This document shows, in pieces, positions 13,278-25,935 of a DNA stretch of 64,000 nt. Positions within the stretch are counted from its first letter, which is position 1; every line of letters starts with the position of its first letter. A model generated the notes under the pieces. The model was not told the origin of the DNA. It saw nothing but the letters and a program-made list of their open reading frames with translations, and ran no database searches. The stretch covers positions 82,522,001 to 82,586,000 of the forward strand of contig OX597816.1 in assembly GCA_951406725.2 (NCBI GenBank), read 5' to 3'. The DNA comes from Octopus vulgaris (taxonomy: Eukaryota). Both the position numbers and the translations under genes were made by a program.

Positions 13278-13287
13278 GTATGTCAGT

Positions 13288-13360
13288 CAATCTAACCAGT
13301 TATGCTGATGACACAAAAGTATCACAGGCAGTGAGGAACCCAGAGGACACCATAAAACTG
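13288..13360 (+). mobile_element. CR1-like RT fragment
   Basis: NLTSYADDTKVSQAVRNPEDTIKLQ contains the YADD catalytic motif. Confidence 0.7.
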
Positions 13361-13682
13361 CAGGTGCCAGGGGAGGCTGGCAACAGCCACAATCGGTTGG
13401 TGGTTTTTACGTGCCACCGACACGGAAGCCAGTCAAGGGGGTGCTGGCATCAGCCACGTATAGATGGTGCTTTTTACATGTCACCGGCACGGGTGCCAGA
13501 GTAGGCTGGCAATGGCCAGGAACAGTTGGTGCATTCTACATGCCACCGACACAGAAGCCAGTCAAGGCAGCGCTGGCATCGGCCACATACAGATGGTGCT
13601 TTCTAGGTGCCACCAGCACAGGTGCCAGGGTAGGCTGGCAATGGCCACGAATGGTTGGTGCTTTTTACGTGCCACCAGCAGC
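13361..13682 (-). repeat. Five-unit double-hairpin array of the RTE-linked module, without tail
   Basis: Five copies of ~GTGCCGGTGGCACGTAAAAAGCACC, with alternating ~37- and ~42-nt linkers that each contain GCCAG..CTGGC. Confidence 0.9.
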
Positions 13683-13699
13683 ATAAATATATACATACA

Positions 13700-15618
13700 C
13701 TAGCAGAGACACCCGGCATTGCTCGAGATTAAAATGGCCTAGTTTGTATGTAATATATTACAGTTATGTTGAAACAGGTGATACGGGAAAGTGCAGCATT
13801 GACAACAAAGCATTTGTGGAGTAAATGATGGGCTAATTCAACTAAGTAACATGCTATGCATCTGTTTGGAGTATTTCAGGCCCTAACCTGTGGGGGTTAT
13901 GTGATTTTTGAATGCACCGAGAAGCTGTCAGTGGATACACTCTCTTTTGCAGCAGTCAGCGCAGTGTTTAACATGACCCATCATCTGAAATGTTGACACC
14001 TCCTTCAGGTTTGGTGTCCTACATCACTCATAAAATAGATTTGGAGGAACTGTGGTTGTTCATTTATGGGTAACGGAACCAATGAAGTGGTAGACTTGCT
14101 CTTGAACTTTGACGTCATCGTAAATTCATGTTTATCTCTCTTCCTAGATGCACCAAACGATGTCGTTTGCAGAGTTATATTGTCTGATATTGTTCAGAAA
14201 ATCCTTTGATTGGATGGAAATGCCTTCTAGAAGATCCATAAGAGGTTGAGAAGGAGCTGGTAGTGCTGGCAATGTTACCTGACAGCCTGAGCAGTACATA
14301 CCATTTGTTTCATCTGAAAATTTTGAAGTTCTACAGAAAAGACAATTTGTGTTTAGCACACCAATTTGGACAGAGCTATTATTTTTATAAGAATAGAATG
14401 GATCATATCTGAAAACAGCTTCAGGAGTTGTGAAAAACGAATTTGTATGTAGTATGTTTCTGAGAGCTATTCTATTGGACCTCTGTCTAATCATTTAAAC
14501 ATTGATTTACTGATCCAGCATTTAGTGCTGCAACATTCATTTGCTGGTGTTGAGAAAATCTTATCTCTCTTCAAACTCTTGCCTTCGGTTTTCTACAATC
14601 CTCCTTGCTTTATACTTGTTTTCAGAGAGATTATGTCTTTTCTTTGGTGGCATATTTTCCCCAATATTGTAAACAAAAAATTATGAACATAGAAAGAAAC
14701 TATACATTAATCTCTATTTTTGTAAGCAGTTGTATCTGTAAAAATTTTACTTCAAGAGAGCAGAAATTGAAAGATATGCAAAAAGAACAGAGAAAGAAAG
14801 TGAAAGATGTATGTACGTCTATATGAAATAGACGTGTGTGTGTGAGTGCATGCGAGGATGCTTACGCATGTATATGTGAGAGAGAAAGAGGGTGAGAAGA
14901 GAGTGAGTAAGTGCAGGTGTGTGTCGTGATGATTGATGGCGTTTAAAGTACACACATATATAGAAAATGTGACGTAATAGTATAGAATTTTTATGATAGT
15001 TGATTTATGGAAAAGATTATGTTAAACTTTTGAAATGCAAATATGTGAATGAAAATTAAGTTTAATTTGTAGCCAAAATAGTACTTAATCTTATGATACC
15101 CCATACGTCAAAATCTGTAATTCGGTTTTGGAAAGCATAAGGAATATATAATATCAAAGATGAGGCAGACTTGTACATGGTAGCTAAACCTGGAAGAAAT
15201 AGTAGCCAAATTTCCCTCAAAACACCCTACTGTCTTAATCCGACAATTCTGCCTATTATGTAGTTTGAATGAGAAACTGTAACTAAAGATTAAGATTATT
15301 AACCCACAGAGAGAGGAAAGAAGACAGACAGCATAGCAACGGTTTTGGTTGACTGTCATCTTGTACTCCTCTTGTTGCTAGCAAAATGGTGTGAGCTGGC
15401 TGTCTGAACAACTGGTTGTTTTAATGGCAGAACAGAACATAAAGATTACAAAAATAGTGATTCTCACTTTGAAACTAACGATTTTGAAAATCTTTTTATA
15501 TTACAGAATGCCCAGCTCTCTCATGTATCCATGTTTAAAATTTCAGCGCAATCAGATGAACAATACTCAAGTTATAAGCACACAAACAGACAGACGGAAT
15601 GGATTTTATATAAGAAGC
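13700..15618 (-). mobile_element. Defective Helitron with Rep/helicase N-terminal relic
   Basis: ORF 14144-14494 reads AVFRYDP..VQIG.LN..C.FC...KF..ETNGM.CS..V.LP.LP.P..PL..LL.G...SK.FL.NIRQYNSA, followed by KVQEQVYHFIGS (Helitron-type). The 3' end is a hairpin plus CTAG|T at 13700. A cttcttatataaaatcc 5'-like end lies near 15618. Confidence 0.82.
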
Positions 15619-15676
15619 TACACATGTACATGTATATACATATAAATCTATATATCTACATCTATACATATACATC

Positions 15677-15736
<60 letters not shown>

Positions 15737-15792
15737 CATATATATGTACACATATATACATGCATACATACACACACACACATATATATATA

Positions 15793-16087
15793 TCACCGTG
15801 ATCACTGTAACCGACCAGCTATCAGATGTTACTACACATCGCTGGTCACAATGCACTTCGCATTGTTTTAGCCTTCAAATGATGCCACCCCACTGGCTAA
15901 GTGAGCAGGCCAACAGAAGAAAGAGAGAGAGAAAGTTGTGACGAAAGAGTACAGCAGGGATCGCCACCACCCCCTGCTGGAGCCTAGTGGAGCTTTAGGT
16001 GTTTTCGCTCAATAAACACTCACACCATCCGGTCTGGGAATCGAAACTGTGAGTCTGTTACCCTAACCACTGGGCCATTGCGCCTCC
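15793..16087 (-). mobile_element. tRNA-derived SINE
   Basis: Minus strand begins ggaggcgcaaTGGCCCAGTGGttaggg...GTTTCGATTCCc (Pol III A- and B-box-like). Confidence 0.8.
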
Positions 16088-16134
16088 ACACACACACTCA
16101 CACACACATATATATATACATATAGGAGGAGGAA

Positions 16135-16421
16135 GGGACCCCCTTTGGTCATGAATGACCATGGGATTGCACCTAGAAAGTTACTCTCCGCGGCACAAGT
16201 CAGGGCAAGATTGTTTGTGGAAGACTAGCAGTTGCCCATGCATACCAGCCTCCCCTCTCCACACCACTGATGTTGCAACTCATTTCTACAGATGAGTTAA
16301 CTGGAGCAACGTGAAATAAAGCATCTTGCTGAAGAACACAACACACAGCCTGGTCTGGGAATCAAATTCACAACTTCACGATTGTAAGCTCAGCGCTCTA
16401 ACCACTAAGCCATGCGCCTTC
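16135..16421 (-). mobile_element. tRNA-derived SINE (CORE/V-like body)
   Basis: gaaggcgcaTGGCTTAGTGGttagagc...tttgattcccag...cagcaagatgctttatttcacgttgctccag. Confidence 0.75.
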
Positions 16422-16499
16422 ACATACACACATATATATGTGCAGATATATATATACGCACATATAATGCATCCATATATATATATATATATATATAAG

Positions 16500-16802
16500 G
16501 TGAGATAATAGTTTCACTATGTGTATATTATGTACGTAGTGAAACTATTAAAACTGAAACAATTATCTCGCATTACTAATGAGATGTTAACTTTTCACTT
16601 TTGACACATAATATCAAAACAGTCTAAGAGATTGCTCCGGGCTCACATTAGTTAAGAAGTTGAAAATTTTTGGCCCATGACACTCCATGTAAAATTTGAA
16701 TGAAATTAGTCGGGTAGTTCTTGAGTTTTAGTGATGCACACATACAGACACACAGACAGACAAACAGACACACACACACTCTCTGTTTTATATATATAGA
16801 TA
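16500..16802 (-). mobile_element. Non-autonomous Helitron/HINE-like 5' fragment
   Basis: Minus strand starts atctatatatataaaacagagag, followed by a (GTCT)n-like tract typical of such elements. Confidence 0.55.
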
Positions 16803-16817
16803 TAAAATTATAAAGCT

Positions 16818-17237
16818 TAGGCATGGTTGTGTGGTAAGAAGTTTGCTATCCAACCACATGGTTTCAGATACAATCCCACTTGGTGTGAGGCAGCTTGAAT
16901 GAATCTTCTGCTATAGCGCCAAGCTGACCAAGCTTTATGAGTGATTTGGTAGGTGGAAACTGAAAGTATGTATGTATGTAAGAATGAATGTGTATGTTTG
17001 TGCCTCTTTGTCTTGACATTACATAGTAGCTGTAAATGAGTGTCACTGCCTTACAAAGTGCGTCAATCATTTCCAATAATCAGCAAGAACATGTGTGGAT
17101 TTGGGGAAATATTACCCTGCTTTGAAGCAGGTGAGAGTGATGGCAAGAAGGGCATGCAACCATAGAAAATCTGCCTCAAATAAACTCCATCTGATCCATG
17201 CAAGCATGCAAAAGTAGATGTTAAATGATGATGATGA
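16818..17237 (+). mobile_element. Composite SINE: tRNA-like head with RTE-type tail
   Basis: ggcatggttgtgtggtaagaagtttgct head; ends aagaagggcatgc...ccatgcaagcatg...gttaaatgatgatgatg. Confidence 0.75.
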
Positions 17238-17644
17238 TTGTCTCACACATACTCACACACACACAAATACACATAAATATATATTATTAAGTTTGGATTA
17301 GGCAATAATACAAGGAAGAAGATCAAGACATAAGCATAAGATTGACATAAGCAATAGAGCATAAGTTTTGTATTGGTTACAGTTGTTTCAATTTACAATT
17401 CATGGTGTCATAGTGAGTACCTGATCAAAGACTTAGCAATTAGAAATAAGTAGGAGAAAACTTTTGAAATATAAATTGGAAGCATAAAAAAAAAATAATA
17501 AACGTTTTTTCCTGTCTTAGTTTGGTTTCATTTTGAAAAACAAAACAAAAATCATTTTATGGCTTATTATTGTTTAAATTTTGAATTACATATACATGGT
17601 GGCACCAAAATCTTTTAAGTGCTTAGGGCTTTAATGGGTCTTAA

Positions 17645-17885
17645 TCTGAATGTCAAAAATGGGTATCTTGAGGGTTTGGCAGCAGTTGTTTACAAATGTT
17701 CATGTGTTGTTGAGCATGCTCATTGGTCAGTACATGAATAACTTCTTGACAACGTCTGTTCACAAGGCCCAGCTCATGGAGTAGTCAAATGATGATGCTT
17801 TATGAAGGACCGACTTCTACCAATAATGTATGAGTGCTTGTGCTTGGCTGTTTTTCAGCTATTTCAAGCCACACCTCATCTTCCT
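17645..17885 (-). mobile_element. Mariner transposase N-terminal fragment
   Basis: Degenerate ..PSTST....LGLVNRRCQEVIHVLTNEHAQQHMNICKQLL, the region of the WVPHEL linker. Confidence 0.6.
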
Positions 17886-18054
17886 AATCACATGGTTTCG
17901 GGGTCAACCCCACTGTGTGGCACCTTGCACAAGTGTCTTCTACTATAGCCCCAGGCCGACGAAAGCCTTATGAATGGATTTGGTACATGGAAATATAAAC
18001 CTATACATGTGTATGCGTCTACACACGCACGTGCGTGCATGTGTTTATGTATGG

Positions 18055-19445
18055 CCTTGTCAAAGGATTTTACCTTCATTGACGAATGTTAGATATAGGG
18101 GCTTACTCCTGCCCTAAGTATTTCTCCAACAGTTGTTTCTCAATAAATATAACATCAGGAGTACCACTTCCTGGTACAAAATCAAAATGCATCTCGTCTA
18201 GACAACTCTTTCTGTAACTTTCATTACTTGATCCAAGAGTTTGATGCCTTGATAAATGCCTGTCTGTATATCATCTGTAGCAGTGATTCAAAACCTAACC
18301 GTTAGATACTCGGTCAAATACCATGAGTGAACCACTGTAGTTTCACGAGTTCAGTCTATAAATCGACCAAGCAGCATGAGGCTGTGGTATGATATGGTTT
18401 TCTTGATAGTTCTAGAATAAAACCTCTTGTCCCCTATAAAAACTGTTTTGGCATTTTAACTTGTGGCAGCTGAGTGACTTGTGACTGGCGCCTCCATTCT
18501 TGTCATGCTGGCAGTTCTGGACATTCATGCAGACAATTCCAGTTTCTCGGACAGACCCATTCAGAACATTCACACAATATCTCATAAGTGATTTCTAGTG
18601 GTGTGGTGTGGTTTTTCTCTCTACCCCAGTCAGCAATTATTTATTTTGTTAATTGTGAACAGCCAATACCAAATATCTTTATGCCCAGTAAGGAATATTC
18701 AGTTAAATGTTCGCAGTTTGCTTCAGTTATTTTTTCCTGCAGTCAACGAAATATATCTTTATTTACCCACTAAAGTGATAGGCATCCAGTGGCACATGTT
18801 TCACTCTTGAGACACCTGAACATGAACTTGTTACTTCACTCATCAGATATAATGCCTTCCTTTACTGTCCAAGCAACTATACTTATGACTAGCATGTACC
18901 TACTTCACCAAGTATTTGAAATATCTCCCCAAATATCCCTGATAGTCCAGCTGCCTTCTCCACTTCATATTTTAATTGTGCTTGCGGTTATACTAGTCAA
19001 CTTCAAGAGTATTTCCTCTGTTTGGTCTTCCTGTTATGTATTCTTATTCAGCAACCTTCCTTAATAGCACTTCTGCATCTTTTTCTTTTTAGCAACAGTA
19101 TAAGCAAGAATGTCACTATCATTCCTTACATGCTTCTTCTCAACAACATCTTGATTCTCTCTAGTACACTACCTTGCAAACTAAGAGCAAATTTCTTATT
19201 TTCAGTTTCTCCTCCAGCTAAGCATACCTGATGACTTTGTCTCTCTTAGCTATTTCATATTCTTTTTTGCTACTTATATTTTCCCGTCTTTCTAAAACTA
19301 TATTCCAGCTTTAATAACTTTATCTACAGTATTATTCCACTGCCATGTCACCGGAATCTTGCATCAGTTGCATGTCTGGTCTCTAGCCATCGGCATATTG
19401 TCCCGTAGAAACTTCCAAGTATAAATTATACTATGAGTCTCCATG
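18055..19445 (-). mobile_element. RTE-clade LINE relic in pieces (18055-18275 and ~18690-19445)
   Basis: LDEMHFDFVPGSGTPDVIFIEKQLLEKYL...SFDK resembles RTE RT QFGF.PGRST.DAIF..RQL.EKY...AFD. Confidence 0.65.
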
Positions 19446-19615
19446 TATTTCAACTAGAACTAAATCTGAACATCCAATCAGTCATTGGGTTCTTTCAGTC
19501 ATCTATTCGTTCTCCAGATTGTCTTGTATTTGTTGGTCCATTGAGTTCTCACTTTGAAGTTACTAATTAATAGTTTATGTCGAGCCGTACTTTCTTCAAT
19601 AGAGAAAGACTTAAT

Positions 19616-19985
19616 CATCATCATCATCATTTAACGTCCGTTTTCCATGCTAGCATGGGTTGGACGGTTCGACTGGGGCCTGGGAAGCCAGGAGGCTGCA
19701 CCAGGCTCCAGTCTGATCAGGCAGTGTTTCTACAGCTGTATGCCCTTCCTAACACCAACCACTCCATGAGTGTAGTGGGTGCTTTTTACATGCCACCAGC
19801 ACAGATGCTAGAGGAGGCTGGCAACGGCCATGATTGGTTGGTGCTTTTTACTTGTCACTGGCACGGAAGCCAGTCAAGGCGGCACTGGCATCGGCCATGT
19901 TCGGATGGTGCTTTTTACATGCCACTGGCACAGATATCACAACTACAATTTCCATTTGATTTTTTGATGTTGATGTACTTGACTC
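19616..19985 (-). mobile_element. RTE-linked 3' module with three hairpin units
   Basis: (CAT)n, ttaacgtccgttttccatgctagcatggg, then three ggtgctttttac motifs. Confidence 0.88.
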
Positions 19986-19989
19986 AATT

Positions 19990-20260
19990 GGAGCACAAAA
20001 GAGTTGGAAGCTAAAGAAACAACTAGGTGTAAGAGAAATCACATGCAGAGTGTAACAAAGGAGATTGAGCTGGTATGGATATATGATGCATATGGATGAT
20101 GACAGTTAGGTAAAAGTGTGTTGAGCAATTCAAGTGGGAAGAACTTGCAGAAAAGAAAGACAAAGGAAGAAATGGGCTGAAGTGGTGAAAGCTGATCTTA
20201 GGAGACTTGAATGTCATGAGTGAAATGACAAAGAACTGTAACAAGTGTTAAAATGCTGTA
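19990..20260 (+). mobile_element. RTE ORF C-terminal fragment
   Basis: Degenerate RRLSWYG..MHMDDDS...WAEVVKADLRRLE. Confidence 0.65.
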
Positions 20261-20261
20261 C

Positions 20262-20615
20262 TGGAAGAGGTTCTCTTTGAAATATACTCCTGCTATACTG
20301 TGTTGTATCAAAGACAAGAGAACCACTTTCAGCTTTTAACTTCAAGATAGTGGTCCAAAATAAAGTCAATTTGTCTATGGCTTTGATAATGGTATCTGGA
20401 ACTTTTTGTAAATCAAAGGACGCAAGTTCCCAATTATGTGGAACAGAAGCGAATGTATTCTTGTAATCCAATTGTTAGGCTATGATCATGTTCTTCTTAT
20501 GCCATTGCACATTCAGCATCACAGTTTCATTAATCAAGAGTTGTTCAGCACGTTCCCAAACTCCTTTCTTCCCAGCTGCTTGTTCAAAAGTGACATTATT
20601 ACTATCAGTGATCCT
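20262..20615 (-). mobile_element. R4/Dong-like RT fragment
   Basis: DYKNTFASVPHNW...KVPDTIIKAI..FWTTILKL...YSRSIFQ resembles DYKKAFDSVPH.W and GIFQGD. Confidence 0.75.
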
Positions 20616-20659
20616 GGAGATTGTGTGCGCGTGTGTGTGTGCGTGCGTGCATGTGCGAG

Positions 20660-22100
20660 TGTGCGCATGTTGTTTTTCGTGTTTTCATTTTTCGAAATCC
20701 TAGCTTAGAAACCAGGTCCTTTTTCACTGAAATTTAGACAATATCAATAGGATGGTTGTGTATATATGTATACACGCACGTATTGAATGCACATTAGTAT
20801 GCATGCATAAACATGTGCACATACATGCATATGTGCAAGCATGGACATCATTGCTTGTGCACATCTAAAAGTATTGACTTATGTTTATATACATATGCTT
20901 ACATATCTACACGTATGTTTATGCACTTATTATATGCTAAACTTCCAAGACATTTTACGGTTTCAGTGTCTTCAATGGCTTGCATTTCTAATCTAATTAA
21001 TCGTATTATTTCTGGTTTTATGAAGCTCAGCTTCTCAAGACTGATGTTGATACAGTTATGTATCGAACTGCTCCAATAATTATATATTACCTATTATCTG
21101 GACTTGGTATAAATGTTTTCATCCATGGATCTTTAACACTATGTTAACATCTATTGGGCAACTGATTTCCAGCACTGTGTGCAGTTTCTTTTCTCCATCC
21201 CAGATCATTATGTCGGATCTGTTATACTTGCATTTTACTGAAACCTTGACATGAAGATTTCCGTTTTATTGAGTGATTATGCCCTCTACAGCATTGTAAC
21301 TTCTTATATCTGTATCTTTAGGATTTTTCCTTCTTCAAATTTCAAAGTACAATATTTTGGTCACGACATTATGCCTCATATGTCAGTAATAACATGTTGA
21401 CATGTATGCATGTTCTCTTCTGTTTGTATTTAAATTCTTCTTCTTAGGGAGAAACTGGTTTCTAACAAAGATACAAAGCTCCATTGTTGGAATGTAGATA
21501 ACAAAAGCAATGTCATATTTTAAACTTCTGAAAAGTCTTGCATATTTTTATTGTTCTACTTACAGAGATTGTATTTGTATTGTATGTGCGAGTTAGATGT
21601 ATGTGTGTGGGAAAGTCATGTATATATGAAAGCATAAAAGTATGTATATACATGTGAATGTGCACATGTATACATGAGTGTTTGCACAGTTACCATTGCA
21701 AAAGAGGAAATGTATATGTATATGTATATGTAAAACTTCTTGAATATTTTGACAGTCATTTTGATGACCTGTAGTTGTAAAATCTGAATCGGCGTGTTCA
21801 TTCTGGTTTGTGAAACCTGGCTTCTCAAGTCTGGTCCTGAAACAGTTACGTATACAAATGCTTTAATAATTAAAGACAGAAATCTAAACTTATTCCAGTG
21901 GGTGGAATAACTGCAAATTTCCCATTACTTCAGCACAGATTATTTCTTTTTCACTAATATTTAACATTATGTTGACAACTGGTAAGCCACTGACTTCATT
22001 TACAAGGCACAATTTCTTTGATCCAGAGAATTATATATGGTTTATTGTGCTTGCATTTTACTGAAGTCTTGACAGGAACATTCCTCCAGTATTTTATTTA
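20660..22100 (-). mobile_element. Two adjacent degenerate R4/Dong-like 3' ends (~20660-21270 and ~21430-22100)
   Basis: Both align by eye to 10720-11310 (atgttaacatctattgggcaactgatttcc; ggtttctaacaaagatacaaag). Confidence 0.65.
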
Positions 22101-22264
22101 TTTATTAATGAGGGTTTATACCCTCCACATCATTGTGGTTTCTCATATCTGAACCCTTATAATTATTTACGAATTTCAAGGTACGAAGCTCTGACCACAT
22201 CATGCTTCCTCCACAAGTAGGTAATAACGAGAGAACGTGTGTGTGTGTGCTAATTAGGAACAAA

Positions 22265-23030
22265 ATAGTTGTTAATTCATCGGGCCAGCCCCAATCGAGC
22301 AGACCTATTGTGAAAGACATACCAGCCATGTGACTCCCGTCATTTTTCGATGAGCAGGGAACCCTATACGATCCTTTTCTTTTTTTAATATGACAGGGCG
22401 TGATTTGACAGAAATATTGCTGCTATTTCTAACATGCCGTGCAACCACAAAGGTCCCTTCTCTGAGATCGACAACAAAGCTATTGTAACAATATGACTTT
22501 AATATATCGTGCCACGCATGTTCATATTTTTCTTTCAAGTTCTCTCTGTGTGTGTGAGGAAGAGAGAGAATGTGTGTGTGTGTGTGGATCTAAAAGGAAA
22601 AGGCACTGGGATCATTCGTCTTACATTTTAGATTTGTGTGTGTGTGGTCAAAAGTTGAAAACCTGGGTTTTTAAATGGTAAAATATACTTTCCTTACTTA
22701 TGGTAATTTCTTACGCTAGGTGGCTTGCGTTACGTTAAACTAAATTCTCGTTTGGATAAGGCTTCCCCAATATTTTCTCGCAAAGAATAAAAAAAAAATG
22801 AATAAACTAAAACACGCAAAAATATATTAACGGATAGGACACAGCCAGTGAGACACGTAGCTCGATTAGCTATAAGTAGCAGCCAAGTTTTCTTTAAATC
22901 ACACCCTTATATCTTAAATATGAAAGGATACATTGGATAAAGTAGACCTAGATATAAAAAAGACGAGATAGTCGCAGTTAAAATGCCTCTGATTTATAAT
23001 TAAGGCCGACCTGGGACTAAATAACAATAA
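22265..23030. repeat. Two oppositely oriented copies of the ~200-bp dispersed repeat (22265-22460 plus, 22835-23030 minus)
   Basis: tcgagcagacctattgtgaaag...gctgctatttcta, and agtagcagccaag...aaatcacaccc...ctgggactaaataacaa. Confidence 0.6.
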
Positions 23031-23350
23031 CGAAGATAAAAAAGCCAGGATTTGTTGTCTTCTAAACACCGTAGCTTTGTAAACTTTATTATCACATCCA
23101 CTTACTCTTTCATGCTTAATTTATTCTGTTATTTATTAAGTAGCTTCTGAAAATATATTGTATACAAATCTAAGTGTGTATGTGTATTTGATCTTGCACG
23201 TGATAAATATTGATCCAATTTATTTTATTGACATTGACGTACTTCTATACCTGAAATAAAAAGCCAAACGACGACAACGGATTTCTTCATGTCAGGAAGA
23301 AATTACATGGTATGTCTATAATGACGTCACCGTGTGTCTTTAGGTATGTA

Positions 23351-23403
<53 letters not shown>

Positions 23404-23496
23404 TAATGTAAACATTACACATTAGAAAGAGATACATTGTTCAAATCCTGTCAAATGGATTCAAATTGCCACATTTACATCGGTAAACACACACAC

Positions 23497-23535
<39 letters not shown>

Positions 23536-23600
23536 TTTATGAAACATTAATTTTTACTTTATAAGTAAAATGTCAAAATATATTTACATATAATTTTTGA

Positions 23601-23649
<49 letters not shown>

Positions 23650-24389
23650 CAGAGAGAGAGAGACTTAATCTGATGCCGTGTGTTAAAACTAAGCAATTAA
23701 CATTGAAGAGACATTCTAATCCATTTAAGAAATTTTTCGTTTCTTGGTATGTCAAAATTTTCGTCGTACTTCTGCGACCTGGCTGGTTACTGACACAATT
23801 CCATTGCGACATATATATATTCACTTTTTTTTTTAATAATATACTACTTCTCTAGTGCCATCCGCGACAGTTACTGCAATAAAAATGATGCCTTCAGTTC
23901 GTTAATGAGTAAGCATAAGAGTAAGAATTACATATAAAAATGTATTCAAGTAACTACAAATAGAAATGTATTCAATTAAAAACGAACAATGATGTTCAGA
24001 AATAGTTAACTTGAAATATAATTAATGATTCCATTAAAAACAATCGATGATGATTAGAAATATTAATAGTTAACTTAAAATATAACTAACTTTTATTTAT
24101 GTCCATTACAAACACCCGTAGATTTTAAAATGCTATCCTGCATAATCGTTATTTTATATGAAAATATACTGTCATAGAAAGTGTATGTGTGTGCGTGTAT
24201 TTTATTTTTAACACAGCTGGAATTCGAGACGGGGGTGTTTGGTTTTTGTTTCTGTTCGTATTTTCTGAAACACGCACACACACACACACACACATAATAT
24301 ACACATATTTACACATTTAATAATCAAGATGACGTACCGATAATAATATCTAAGGTATATCAAAGTTATACTTTGGTCAACTTACCTTG

Positions 24390-24391
24390 AT

Positions 24392-24425
<34 letters not shown>

Positions 24426-24457
24426 AATATATATATGTATGTATATATATATATATG

Positions 24458-24496
<39 letters not shown>

Positions 24497-24585
24497 GTAT
24501 ATATATATATATATATGTATATGTATGTATGTATGTATATATATGTATGTATGTATATATATATGTATGTATATATATATGTATG

Positions 24586-24618
<33 letters not shown>

Positions 24619-24631
24619 GTATATATATATG

Positions 24632-24663
<32 letters not shown>

Positions 24664-25200
24664 TGTATGTATATATATATATGTATGTATGTATATATAT
24701 GTATGTATGTATATATATATATGTATGTATATATATATGTATGTATATATATATGTATGTATATATATATGTATATATATATGTATGTATATATATATGT
24801 ATGTATATATATATGTATGTATGTATATATATATGTATGTATGTATATATATATGTATGTATATATATATGTATGTATGTATATATATATGTATGTATGT
24901 ATATATATATGTATGTATGTATATATATATATGTATGTATGTATATATATATGTATGTATGTATATATATATATGTATGTATATATATATGTATGTATAT
25001 ATATATGTATATATATGTATGTATATATATATATATGTATATATTTATGTATGTATATATATATATATGTATATATTTATGTATGTATATATATATATGT
25101 ATGTATTTATGTATGTATATATATGTGTATGTATATATATATATATATGTGAGTGTGTGTGTATGTATGTATATATATATATATATGTGTGTGTGTATGT
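24390..25200. repeat. ~800-bp compound (TA)n/(TATG)n microsatellite
   Basis: Direct inspection; it explains the 237-295 aa Y/I/M/V/C/H ORFs. Confidence 0.97.
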
Positions 25201-25470
25201 AAAATGTGTGTGTGAAATGTTGCCTGGCTATTTTCAAGCACCTTTCTACATATTTCTTATACATGCACAGTAAAGTCTTGCTACCTTAGCTTTTTTGTTT
25301 TGGTTATTTGTTTTAGCATTCCTCCAGTCCGTTGCTATTTATAGTTGTTCATACCGTTCTTATACACTTTGTTGTAGGTGTTTTCACAGGCATTAGACTG
25401 TGAATATTTTACTTCCCAACAGCTGCAAATGGTCTCTAAAAGTAAAAAACACTTTCCCCCGTAGGTGGCG

Positions 25471-25935
25471 CACTACAAACTAGAAGTAAAACTCTGTATG
25501 TGGCTTTCGAGTCCCAATCTAGGTATCTGTTCTCTTTCACTTATTTTAAATCGCTATTCATCTTTAGAAATGCGTGAACATCGCGCAATCTCATTCCCTA
25601 CTTGCAATAGATCCAAGCCATGTAACATTTGCACTGTAAAACAGAAGTAAAACTCTACAAGCTGCTTTCGAGCATTGGTCTAGGACCGATTCTCTTTCAT
25701 TTCTTTTAAGTCGGTAATGCAACTTTGAAAATATGTGAACGTCAATCTCATTTAGTTTTCAATAGATCCTGGCCAGGGGACAAACTATTTCTTTGTTGGT
25801 GATGTAGAACAGTAAACGTCCAGGGAACCGAATCATTATGCTTTCGAGTTCCTAGCTGAAATTCAGTTCTCTATCACTGCTAAATTATCTTGATAAACTA
25901 ATGAACGTCACATTTCATTCCCTTCTACAATTAAT
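25471..25935. repeat. Diverged tandem repeat, 161-bp period, two units plus a partial third
   Basis: Units at 25471 and 25632 share cact..aaa..agaagtaaaactct...gctttcgag...tctagg...ttctctttca...gtgaac...caatctcatt...caatagatcc. Third partial unit from ~25839. Confidence 0.8.

Noticed and set aside
13361-13682. CRISPR array
   Set aside because: Linkers are homologous to one another and alternate A/B, repeats are degenerate, the context is a eukaryotic retroelement, and there are no cas genes.
16040-16087. tRNA gene
   Set aside because: A/B-box-like motifs are present, but there is no complete cloverleaf and it continues into a SINE body.
23573-23824. Minus ORF MSQWNCVSNQPGRRS...
   Set aside because: No homology recognised, it runs into microsatellite, and there is no convincing donor.
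24377-25273. Long ORFs of 237-295 aa on both strands
   Set aside because: They translate a (TA)/(TATG) microsatellite that lacks stop codons. The same applies to ORFs at 6368, 8219, 15531, 41116 and 55913.
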